Below, in pieces: positions 27,110-35,692 of a DNA stretch of 64,000 nt. The DNA is from an uncultured Desulfarculus sp. Its GTDB lineage: Bacteria > Desulfobacterota > Desulfarculia > Desulfarculales > Desulfarculaceae. Location of the stretch: assembly GCA_963665125.2 (NCBI GenBank), contig CAXXUK010000001.1, positions 2,656,001 through 2,720,000 of the forward strand. Direction: 5' to 3'. Position 1 is the stretch's first letter; each line of letters opens with the position of its first letter. Under the pieces are notes generated by a model, which searched no databases, was not told the DNA's origin, and saw nothing but the letters and a program-made list of their open reading frames with translations. A program made the translations under genes and the position numbers.

Positions 27110-27161
27110 TGCCAGGGTCCGGGCGGTTTATGATGCTAGCCGGAACCAAGGAGGGCCCATC

Positions 27162-27911
27162 TTGCCAAGCAAATTCATGAACAAGCAAACCCCGCTGATC
27201 ATCGGCCACAGGGGTTGTCCGGCCAAACGGCCTGAAAACACCCTGGCCTCATTTGAACAGGCCGTCCTGGACGGCGCGGACATGATCGAGTTCGACGTCC
27301 AGCTCAGCGCCGACGGCCTGCCCCTGGTGATTCACGACCCAAACCTGGCGCGCACCACCAACGGCACGGGCCAGGTGTGGCAATGCAACGAAACCGATGT
27401 ATGCGCCCTGGATGCGGGCGGCGGCCAGCGCGTGCCCCGGCTGGCCCAGGTTCTGGAGGCCTTTGGCGGGCGGGTGCTGATGAATATCGAACTAAAGCGG
27501 GAATGCCTGTGCCATCCCGAGCCGGGCCCAACGGCCGTGGCCCTGGTGCTGGAGATGGTGCGCGTTGCCGGGCTCATGGATCAGGTGCTTTTCAGCAGCT
27601 TTTCCTTTGACGCCCTGCGGGTGATCAGAGCCTTGGACAAGGCCGCCAACCTGGCCGTGCTGAGCTACGGTCCGGAAAACGGCGCGGACCCGGTGCTGTT
27701 GTGCCGGGCCGTGGGTGCCATATCCTTGAACCCGGACATAGCCTATCTGGATGATGCCACGGTGGAGCGCCTGCACCGGGCCGGGCTGGCCGTGGTACCT
27801 TACGGCGGCGAACCCGGCCAAGCCGAGGCCATGAAAAAGGCCCTGGCCCTGGGTTGCGACGGATTTTTCGCCGACGATCCGGGGGCCTGGGCCAAATTGG
27901 TTGGACGCTAG
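27162..27911 (+). CDS. Glycerophosphodiester phosphodiesterase
   Basis: AAGGAGG RBS before TTG 27162. GHRG..PENTLASF, EFDVQLSADG..VIHD and NIELK motifs. Confidence 0.93.
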   Translation: MPSKFMNKQTPLIIGHRGCPAKRPENTLASFEQAVLDGADMIEFDVQLSADGLPLVIHDPNLARTTNGTGQVWQCNETDVCALDAGGGQRVPRLAQVLEAFGGRVLMNIELKRECLCHPEPGPTAVALVLEMVRVAGLMDQVLFSSFSFDALRVIRALDKAANLAVLSYGPENGADPVLLCRAVGAISLNPDIAYLDDATVERLHRAGLAVVPYGGEPGQAEAMKKALALGCDGFFADDPGAWAKLVGR

Positions 27912-28903
27912 CCTTCCAGGCCGGTTGGCGTGGAGTGCTCGTGGCCGTGCAACACGTCGTGGCGGATGCGCTTCAACAGCTCCCTGGCCACCGGGCCTGG
28001 CTGGCCGTCGGCCACCTGCCTGCCTTCGATACGGGTGGCGGGCAGCACGTCCAGGGTGGTGCCGAAGAACATCACTTCCCTGGCCGAGGCCAATTCGGTC
28101 TCGGGCAGCGGCCCTCTGGTGACCCCGGCCAGCATGCCGTCGTCGATCATGCCCTGGGCCAGTTCCACGCAGCGCCGCACAGTAGTGCCTTCCAGGATGT
28201 TTTCCGGCTCGGGCAGGCGCAGCACACCCTGCTGATCCACCAGGGCGAAGTTTTCGGTGGAGCCCTCGGTGAGGTTGCCCATGTCGTTGACGCCCACGGC
28301 GAACTTCCAGCCCTTGGCCACGGCCTCGCGCTTCAACAGCACGTTGGGCAGGTAGTTGCAGCTCTTGACTGCCGCGTAAAACCCGCTCTTGGCCGGAACC
28401 CGGCTCAGGCCCATGGTGATGCCGTGACTATAGTCGTCTTCGGACGGCGGATGCAGATGCGACACCATTACGTAAACGCCCTGCCGGGGGCATTCAAAGG
28501 GATTGGTCGTAAAGCCGCCGGGACCCCGGCTGACATATATGCGCACCATGCAATCAGCGTGACCTCCGGCCCGCACCGTGGCCGCAGCGATTTGTTTGAT
28601 CTCGTGCAGGGTCATCGGCAGATCAAGGCGGACGGCCAGGGCCGACCCGGCCAGACGGTCCAGGTGCCGGTCGAACTGGTAGATCCGCCCGGCCACGCAT
28701 TTGGCGGCCTCGAAAACGCCGTCGCCGCGATGCACCAGGTGGTCATCCAGGGGCACGCTCATCAGCCAGGGATCGGTGGTGATCCCGTCGAGCCAAGTGC
28801 TGTACATGGCAAGATAATCCTTGGCCCAGGGCCTTGGCAGGGCCTTGAGTCTCTTGATGGATTCCTGCTCGTCTATGACATCTATGTTTGTGTATTCAGA
28901 CAT
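27908..28903 (-). CDS. Aminotransferase class IV (BCAT/D-amino-acid transaminase/ADC lyase family)
   Basis: HRGDGVFE, HLDRL..SA, PLP Lys in VKSCNYLPN, EGSTEN and ILEGTT motifs. Confidence 0.92.
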   Translation of the reverse strand: MSEYTNIDVIDEQESIKRLKALPRPWAKDYLAMYSTWLDGITTDPWLMSVPLDDHLVHRGDGVFEAAKCVAGRIYQFDRHLDRLAGSALAVRLDLPMTLHEIKQIAAATVRAGGHADCMVRIYVSRGPGGFTTNPFECPRQGVYVMVSHLHPPSEDDYSHGITMGLSRVPAKSGFYAAVKSCNYLPNVLLKREAVAKGWKFAVGVNDMGNLTEGSTENFALVDQQGVLRLPEPENILEGTTVRRCVELAQGMIDDGMLAGVTRGPLPETELASAREVMFFGTTLDVLPATRIEGRQVADGQPGPVARELLKRIRHDVLHGHEHSTPTGLEG

Positions 28904-29123
28904 GATCAGACTCTACAACGCCGCATTGGTTGCGGCAAGGCTTTGTTTGTCAGCATTGACACCGCAAAAAGGATTTAATCGCGCCTCATGCTATTGTCCA
29001 TGCCAAGCATTGTTCGCGACTACATTTAAGATGCTTGCACAAATGCCCAGTTGCGTGAATAATTCGTAGAGCATTCGGGCGGCACCGCGCCGCATTATAG
29101 CATCTGGCTCAAGGAGTTGGCAC

Positions 29124-31580
29124 ATGGCTGGGGGCGATGGCAAACGCCGCCGCAAACGCGGCTTAAATATCAAAAAAATGTATTCGCGCACATTGGTCAA
29201 GACGTTCAACCATGTTGATTTTCTACGCCTTGCCGACAAGATATACAATTCCAAATCAGCCGCGCATTGGCACCAGCGTTTCGAGAACCTGCCCGACGCC
29301 TGGCCCAACCAGGAAGAGCTGTCCCAAAAGGCCGTAGAGTTGGTGCTCGACCAACTCAAACAGAACGGCGAAGAAGTAGACCGCGAAGAAATCGAAAAGC
29401 TGATAGAGGCCATCAGGGTCCGCTATTACCGGGAAGGGCACGTCGCCGTCGCGGTGAGCCTGATGGTGCTCTTCGACTGGATCTTCGACGTTGACAACTC
29501 AGACCTGCCCTTTGTTTCCAACGACAAGCGCGAGATACAGCACCTGGACAAGCTCCAGGCCCATATCGCCGACGGCAAGGGCGTGGTCTACATGGTCAAC
29601 CATTCGTCGCATTTCGACGAATTCCTGGTGGACATTCTCTGGCAGCACATGATCATGGGCCTGCCCCTGTTTGCCGCCGGCCAAAACATGATGACCGTCA
29701 AGAGCCTGGGCAAGCTGCTCAACCTGGGCCTTTACGTGGTCCTGCGCCAGGGGGCCAGCCGCCACCAGATGTCGGCCCTGTACAACTACTGCCGGGCCAT
29801 CAGCGAAATCGGCGGCCAGCAGGGCATCTTCCTGGAGGCCTGGCACGGCGGAGCCCGCACCCGCGACGGCAGCCTGCGCTATCCCCGCCGCCTGGTGACC
29901 CTGCGCGGGGCCATCGACGTGTCCGACGACGTGGTGGTCCAGCCCATCGCCCTGTCCTATTCCGTGGTTCCCGAAGACTTGCCCCTATGCGCCAGGGGCA
30001 GCGCAAGGGCCTGGATCAGAGGCATCGGCTTCTGGCACACCCTGGGCCAGATGCTGTTGCATCCCAAGGCCTGGCCCCTGCACGCGGCCAAAAACCTCTA
30101 TGGCCGGGCCTATGTTTCGGTGCCCAAGCCCATGCTGCTCAGCGAACTGAAGGAGCTGCACGCCAAGGACAAGGGCGGTCTGGCCCTGGACGAGTTCGTC
30201 ACCCTGTACTGCATCAAGGAAATCGCCCGCACCAAGAAGATCATGGCCAGCCAACTGGTGGCCAGGGGCGTGGTCCGGGCCCGTCACAAAGGCGAACGAA
30301 ACCTCAAGGCGGCGGTTGACCACGAACTGGAACTGATCCGGGAATACCACCAGAGCGCCTTCGGCCAAGAGCCGGATATCGAAGATTTCATCACCAACAA
30401 CCCCATTGAAAAGGTCATCGAAGACGGTCTGGCCACCCTCAAACAGCGCGGCGTGCTGTCGCGCTGGCGCAAGGACGACCTGAAGCTGCCCCTGGTGCTC
30501 AGCGAGGCCGGCCTTTCCTATTACGCCACACACGGCGACCGGCGCATCTATTCGCCAACCGCGGACCAGAACATCGTCGTGGTCGGCGCCGGCAACTGGG
30601 GCTTCGCCCTTTCCCGTCAATTGGCCGGTCGCCTGCTGGAAACCAAAAAATACGATAACGCCAGCCTGACCCTGTTTGACACCCGGCCCGAAGTCGTCGA
30701 GGCCATGAACCAACTCCGCACCGGCACGGGCCGTTTTTCCGAAGAGTTGCTGCCCAAGAACATCTTCGTGACCCACGACCTGCCCAGCGCCTTCCGCAAG
30801 GCCAGCGAGATCGTTCTGGCCTGCCGCCCCGAAGACTTCGTGGGACGCCTGGAGGGCATCCTCAGCGCCTCGGAGCAGCCTTTCAAGCTCATGGTGGCCA
30901 CCCGCGGCTTTGTGCCGGAATACAACCTGCCGCCGGTGCTGGTGGCCCGGCAACTGGCCTCCCGGGCGGGCCGCGACGACGTGAAGATCTACACCCTGGC
31001 GGGTCCGGTGACGCCCGAGGACATGGTGGAAGGCCAGCCCATCCGGGGGCGGCTGGCCGGCCCCCAGCCAGGTCTTGACGATCTGGCCGACCTGTTCAAC
31101 CAGGCTCATTGCGGGGTGGACACAAGCCACGACGCGGTGGGCGTGGAGATAGCCGACATCATGGCCAGGATCTACGGCATGTGGGTCAGCTACGTCATCC
31201 GTAGCGACCGCCAGACCAGAGCCCAGGATCTGGGCAGGCTCATGGCCGACGCCGCGGGCGAATCCCGCAAGCTGGCGATCAGCCTGGGCGGCCTGGAGGA
31301 AACCTTCCGGGCGGGCGGCTACGCCTGGACCGAAACCTACGTGGCCGTGACTTTAAAGGGCGACGTACGTGAATTCGGCAGGCTGTTGGCCCGGCAGGCC
31401 CGCAAACAAAAGGACATTCCCACAGCGGCCAAAAAGCTCAACCGCCAGATGCGGGAAGACGGCCACGGCATCCAGACCCTGGAGGACCTGAAACTGGCCA
31501 GACTGGCGGCCCGCAAGCTGGGCCTGGAACTGCCCATGCTGGAAGAGGCTCATCAGGTTCTTTTTGGGGAAAACGACTAG
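29124..31580 (+). CDS. Fusion of a PlsB/PlsC-type glycerolipid acyltransferase with a degenerate GpsA-like domain
   Basis: HX4D in NHSSHFD, AAGQN and FLE...G.RTRDG motifs. A C-terminal Rossmann fold starts at IVVVGAGNWGFAL with LPKNIFVTHDL and D.VGVE. AAGGAG RBS. Confidence 0.8.
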   Translation: MAGGDGKRRRKRGLNIKKMYSRTLVKTFNHVDFLRLADKIYNSKSAAHWHQRFENLPDAWPNQEELSQKAVELVLDQLKQNGEEVDREEIEKLIEAIRVRYYREGHVAVAVSLMVLFDWIFDVDNSDLPFVSNDKREIQHLDKLQAHIADGKGVVYMVNHSSHFDEFLVDILWQHMIMGLPLFAAGQNMMTVKSLGKLLNLGLYVVLRQGASRHQMSALYNYCRAISEIGGQQGIFLEAWHGGARTRDGSLRYPRRLVTLRGAIDVSDDVVVQPIALSYSVVPEDLPLCARGSARAWIRGIGFWHTLGQMLLHPKAWPLHAAKNLYGRAYVSVPKPMLLSELKELHAKDKGGLALDEFVTLYCIKEIARTKKIMASQLVARGVVRARHKGERNLKAAVDHELELIREYHQSAFGQEPDIEDFITNNPIEKVIEDGLATLKQRGVLSRWRKDDLKLPLVLSEAGLSYYATHGDRRIYSPTADQNIVVVGAGNWGFALSRQLAGRLLETKKYDNASLTLFDTRPEVVEAMNQLRTGTGRFSEELLPKNIFVTHDLPSAFRKASEIVLACRPEDFVGRLEGILSASEQPFKLMVATRGFVPEYNLPPVLVARQLASRAGRDDVKIYTLAGPVTPEDMVEGQPIRGRLAGPQPGLDDLADLFNQAHCGVDTSHDAVGVEIADIMARIYGMWVSYVIRSDRQTRAQDLGRLMADAAGESRKLAISLGGLEETFRAGGYAWTETYVAVTLKGDVREFGRLLARQARKQKDIPTAAKKLNRQMREDGHGIQTLEDLKLARLAARKLGLELPMLEEAHQVLFGEND

Positions 31581-31588
31581 GGCCGGAG

Positions 31589-31666
31589 GTCAACTGCCCC
31601 GCGGCTGGCTGCATAATGCCGGAAGGACCGGAAGCGGCCATGGCTTCCCCCCAGCAAGCCGCGGGG
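31589..31666. repeat. GC-rich inverted repeat, REP or IS200/IS605-end-like
   Basis: CCCCGCGGCTGGCTG (31597-31611) pairs with CAGCAAGCCGCGGGG (31652-31666), 14/15 match, preceded by GTCAACTG. Confidence 0.5.
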
Positions 31667-31759
31667 GATATAAATCCCTCCTGGGGATTAAAGTAAACAT
31701 TTCCTTGTGCCGATACGTCTTATTAGACAAGAAGACAAAAAGGGACAAGGAGGTCCGAG

Positions 31760-31897
31760 ATGACTCCCAGTCACCGAAATACACACCCCGTGCGAGAAGT
31801 TCTTGCCTGCTTGATGAGTTCGCCGATCTACTTCGATCTGCCTCTGTGCCGCCGCCTAGATCTGCTCAAGACGATGCATTCGGCCCTGTGCCGTTGA
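31760..31897 (+). CDS. 45-aa small protein (not in the ORF track)
   Basis: AAGGAGGT RBS just upstream. MTPSHRNTHPVREVLACLMSSPIYFDLPLCRRLDLLKTMHSALCR*. Confidence 0.65.
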   Translation: MTPSHRNTHPVREVLACLMSSPIYFDLPLCRRLDLLKTMHSALCR

Positions 31898-31949
31898 CGC
31901 ACCTACACGTTGTAATCGCTCAGGCAACCCATTTCATGAAACGGCCCGG

Positions 31950-32813
31950 CTAGCGGCCGTAGGAGTGCAGGCCCGCCAGCAACAGGTTCACGCCAAAGAA
32001 GGTGAACAGCACGCAGACAAAGCCGACGACCGAAAAGACCGCCAGGCGCTTGCCGTGCCAGCCCCGCAGATAGCGGCTGTGCAGAAAACCCGCATAGACG
32101 AACCAGGTGATCAGCGACCAGGTCTCCTTGGGATCCCAGCCCCAGTAGCGGCCCCAGGCCACCTCGGCCCATATGGCGCCGGTGACGATACCCACCGTAA
32201 GCAGGATAAAGCCGATGACCACGGTCTGGTAGATTAACGAATCCAGAGTCAAGGCCTTGGTGCTTTCGGGGTCCGCGCTCTGGCCGGTGACGAGATACAT
32301 CACGCTCAGCGCCGCCGAAACGCCGAATCCGGCGTAGCCCAGGAAGCAGGCGATGACATGGGCGATGAGCCAGTTTGACTTCAGAGCCGGTTGCAGGGGC
32401 TTGATGGTCGGGTCCACGGTCTGGGCCGAGCCGCCGAAAACCGCCGTGAACACCACCGGATTGGTGGCCAACAGCACCGACAAAAAGGCCAGCGGAATGG
32501 CGTACATGCCGATGCGGCGGTTTTTGGTGCGCCACTCGATGATCAAATAGATCAGGGTCAGGGTCCAACCGAAAAAGATCAATGATTCATAGAGATTGCT
32601 GAACGGAGCATGCCCATAGCCCAGTTGGTATGACTCCACCCAGCGCATGATGATCGCCACGGTGTGAACCAGCCAGGTCAGGGCCGTGGCCGCGGTGGCG
32701 ATCTTGCCGAAGAAATCGCGTTTGAATATGCCGTAGCAAAGGTACAACACCCAGCACAGGAAATATGCGGTGGTGAGTCCCTTGAATATCTCGATGCTAA
32801 GGGTGTTGTCCAT
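31950..32813 (-). CDS. ccsB: Cytochrome c biogenesis system II protein (CcsA/ResC family, often annotated CcsB)
   Basis: PFSNLYES, LKSNWLIAHV, WWD domain WAEVAWGRYWGWDPKETWSLITW and C-terminal GLHSY. Confidence 0.95.
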   Translation of the reverse strand: MDNTLSIEIFKGLTTAYFLCWVLYLCYGIFKRDFFGKIATAATALTWLVHTVAIIMRWVESYQLGYGHAPFSNLYESLIFFGWTLTLIYLIIEWRTKNRRIGMYAIPLAFLSVLLATNPVVFTAVFGGSAQTVDPTIKPLQPALKSNWLIAHVIACFLGYAGFGVSAALSVMYLVTGQSADPESTKALTLDSLIYQTVVIGFILLTVGIVTGAIWAEVAWGRYWGWDPKETWSLITWFVYAGFLHSRYLRGWHGKRLAVFSVVGFVCVLFTFFGVNLLLAGLHSYGR

Positions 32814-34450
32814 CACTCGCTCCCGCCTTCAGTCTGCGCACGAAGATTATCGGCCAGTTTACCCAGCATCAGCTTGAGCCCGGCCTTGTTCTTGTTGGAC
32901 CCGCCGGCTATGGCCACATGGCAGGAGCCCTTGGCCGGGCTTACCACGATCCAGACCTTGCGATGGGCGAAATAGAAGGCAATGATAAAACCGGCCACCA
33001 TCAGGCCGCAGCCGATGAATACGAACCACACGCCGGGGTCGTATTTGGCCGACAAACCGGTGAACGGCGTCATGTCCGCCGCGATGATTTCAACCTGGGG
33101 CGGGGCCGAGGCCGGGTCCTTGGTCTTGAAGGCCACCAGATCCATGGGCTCCGAGCCCGGAGCGTGCAGGCCTAGGCGGACCATGGGTCCCTGATAAAAC
33201 ATGCCCATGTTGAGCATGGGGTTGAAGTCGGCCAGCCAGACATGGCCGCCGCCGGGCAACATCTGCCGGGCCTCTCCCTTGGGGCTGAAGGTAACCTTGA
33301 AAGGTTGGCCCATTCCGTCGATGGTCACTTCCAGCTTTTGGACATATACCGCCCTTTCGTCTTCTGTGGTCTGCAGATCGCTGATCACGGCGCTAACGGA
33401 TTTGCGGCCCGAACCGGGCCCGAAAAGGGCCATCGAGCGGGGTCCGGCATTGGGCAGGCTGAGCATGACGCGGGCCCACTCGCCCTTGTAATTGGGGCCC
33501 TTGTCCCGCAGGGCCGGGCTGACGCGCAGACTGACCGAGACGCCGCCGGGCAGATCCACCGTGCCTCCGGCGGCGATGTCGGCGCTGACTGCGGCATCCC
33601 CATCCTTGATCATCAGTTTGACCTTGGTCAGGTCGTAGCCGTAAAAGGACTGGTAAAAGTCGATGCCGCCGAAACCGGCCGGGTCGTTGACAATGATGTC
33701 CCTGGTGAGGACGTCCTTGCCGTCCTGGACGAACGTCAGTTTGGAGCGGTATTCACTGACCTGACCCGTGTCGTAGTAGTCGATGTTGAACTTATCCAGC
33801 CTAACGCTGAAGGGCAGTTTGTGGCCGCCGCCGCTTTCCAGGGCCACCACGTCGGCCTGTTTGCCCTGGGGAATGCGCATGGTGCCGTCAAAGCCGACGA
33901 TCAGGCCGATAATGGCGCCGATGAAGATTATCAGCACCGACATGTGCACCACGTATACGCCCAGGCGCGACCAGGCGCCCTTTTGGGCGAAAAGCGTGGT
34001 CTTGCCCCCATCGGCGGCCTTATGCACCGCGCCGAACGGGACCAGCAGCTTTTCGGCCTTGGCCACGGCCGATGCGGCGTCAACCGGCAGGTCCAGCTCA
34101 ATGTTGGGCTTGCGCGCCTTGGACAGCTCCTTGGCCGGGTCGGAGCGCATCAGCCGCAGGGTCAGGGGCAGCCGCTCGATGGAGCAGATAACCAGGTTGG
34201 CCGCCAGCATGGCCAAAAGGAACAGGAACCACGGCGCATGATAGGTGTCGTTCAGGCCCAGTTTCAGGGCCGTGGCGGCGAACGCACCGAAGTAGCTGTG
34301 GTAAAAGGCTTCGGGCTGGTTTTGGGGGACGATGGTGCCGATGATTGAAAATACGGCCAGGGCCAAAAGCAGGATCAGCGCCAGTTTGACCGAGGCCAGA
34401 AAATCCCACAGGCTGCGTCCGAAAGAGGGCTTGGCTTTATCTTTGCTCAC
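32813..34450 (-). CDS. resB: Cytochrome c biogenesis protein ResB/Ccs1
   Basis: FLASVKLA..SIIGTIVPQ, YHAPWF, conserved His in GVYVVH, VNDP..FYQS and DPGV motifs. Confidence 0.92.
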   Translation of the reverse strand: MSKDKAKPSFGRSLWDFLASVKLALILLLALAVFSIIGTIVPQNQPEAFYHSYFGAFAATALKLGLNDTYHAPWFLFLLAMLAANLVICSIERLPLTLRLMRSDPAKELSKARKPNIELDLPVDAASAVAKAEKLLVPFGAVHKAADGGKTTLFAQKGAWSRLGVYVVHMSVLIIFIGAIIGLIVGFDGTMRIPQGKQADVVALESGGGHKLPFSVRLDKFNIDYYDTGQVSEYRSKLTFVQDGKDVLTRDIIVNDPAGFGGIDFYQSFYGYDLTKVKLMIKDGDAAVSADIAAGGTVDLPGGVSVSLRVSPALRDKGPNYKGEWARVMLSLPNAGPRSMALFGPGSGRKSVSAVISDLQTTEDERAVYVQKLEVTIDGMGQPFKVTFSPKGEARQMLPGGGHVWLADFNPMLNMGMFYQGPMVRLGLHAPGSEPMDLVAFKTKDPASAPPQVEIIAADMTPFTGLSAKYDPGVWFVFIGCGLMVAGFIIAFYFAHRKVWIVVSPAKGSCHVAIAGGSNKNKAGLKLMLGKLADNLRAQTEGGSE

Positions 34451-34468
34451 ACTCGCTTCGCTTTTTGT

Positions 34469-34630
34469 CTAGCATATTGTTGAAAAAGTCCGTCCTGGCC
34501 TTTTTCAACAGTTCCTTGGTAAAAGCTTGGTTTTACCAAGGAACTCAATTTGCTTGTTTCTTCTAAACTGCGCAAATTGGCGGGCCGCCCATGGCCCGCC
34601 TGGCAGGCTGTTCGAGAGCAACCTGCCAGC
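34469..34630. mobile_element. Putative MITE-like element made of five consecutive hairpins
   Basis: Stems at 34478-34510, 34511-34544 (14 bp perfect), 34546-34579, 34579-34600 and 34600-34629. Imperfect terminal IRs CTAGCATATTGTT / AGCAACCTGCCAG. Confidence 0.55.
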
Positions 34631-34690
34631 TACCGATTGCCGCCATAGCGGGTAAGCCTACCAGACAAGCCGATTTTTTGACAATAATAC

Positions 34691-35692
34691 TCATTCCGCG
34701 GCGCAGGTCATGGACTTGAAGCTCACCGTGCCCCGGCCCAGAAGGTCGTGGAGGTGGACTATGCCGATGAGCCTGCCCTTTTCCACGATGGGCAATACGG
34801 TGATGAGCTTTTGCTCCATGATGTGCAGGGCCTCGGCGGCCATTTCCCCGGGGTCGATGGTGCGGGGGGAGCGGGTCATGAATTGCTTGACCCCGGCATC
34901 GGCCAGGCTGCGCCCGGCCACGATGGCCCGCCGCAGGTCGCCGTCGGTGAACAGGCCCAAAAGTTCGCCGCCGGGCTTGCCGTCGGCCGTGACAAACACC
35001 GAACCCAGATCGCCGGCGTTCATCACCTCCACGGCGAGGGCCATGGTGGCCTCCGGGCCCACGGTGGGCATATCGCTCACCGGCATCATCACCTCGCTGA
35101 CGGCCATGGCCAGGCGTTCGCCCAGCTTGCCGCCGGGGTGGTGGCGCTTGAAATCTTCGGGCTTGAATTGGCGCAGTTCCATCAAGACAACGGCCAAGGC
35201 GTCACCCACGGCCATGCAGGCGGTGGTGGAGGCCGTGGGGGCCAGGTTGAAGGGGCAGGCCTCGCGCTCCACGCCGGTGTCGATAACCGCGTCGGCGGCC
35301 AGGGCCAGGGCCGAATCAAGGCCGCCGGTCATGGCCACCACCTTCGCGCCATGGTTGCGCAGGGATGGCACCAGGTTGACCAACTCCTCGGTGCCGCCGC
35401 TGTTGGACATGGCCAGCACCACGTCGCCGGGGTAGACCATGCCCAGGTCGCCGTGCAGGGCCTCCACCGGGTGCAGAAAAATGGCGCTGGTGCCGGTGGA
35501 ATTGAGGGTGGCCATGATCTTGCGGGCGATTATGCCGCTTTTACCGATGCCGGTGGTGATGACCTTGCCCTTGGAGGCGATGATCATCTCCACGGCCTTA
35601 TCGAATCCGCTGTTGAGCCGCCGCTTGACGCGCTCCAGGGCCTCGATTTCGATGGACAGGACCTCGTGGGCCCGTTGCATCACATCAGTCAA
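34691..35692 (-). CDS. kdsD: Arabinose-5-phosphate isomerase (KpsF/GutQ; SIS plus CBS domains)
   Basis: TGIGKSG, FLHPVEALHGDLG, APTAST and HPGGKLG motifs, then a CBS pair. Confidence 0.93.
   Translation of the reverse strand: MTDVMQRAHEVLSIEIEALERVKRRLNSGFDKAVEMIIASKGKVITTGIGKSGIIARKIMATLNSTGTSAIFLHPVEALHGDLGMVYPGDVVLAMSNSGGTEELVNLVPSLRNHGAKVVAMTGGLDSALALAADAVIDTGVEREACPFNLAPTASTTACMAVGDALAVVLMELRQFKPEDFKRHHPGGKLGERLAMAVSEVMMPVSDMPTVGPEATMALAVEVMNAGDLGSVFVTADGKPGGELLGLFTDGDLRRAIVAGRSLADAGVKQFMTRSPRTIDPGEMAAEALHIMEQKLITVLPIVEKGRLIGIVHLHDLLGRGTVSFKSMTCAAE

Noticed and set aside
31589..31950. IscB/TnpB (OMEGA) system
   Set aside because: Only an end-like palindrome is present. No RuvC/HNH ORF or transposase follows.
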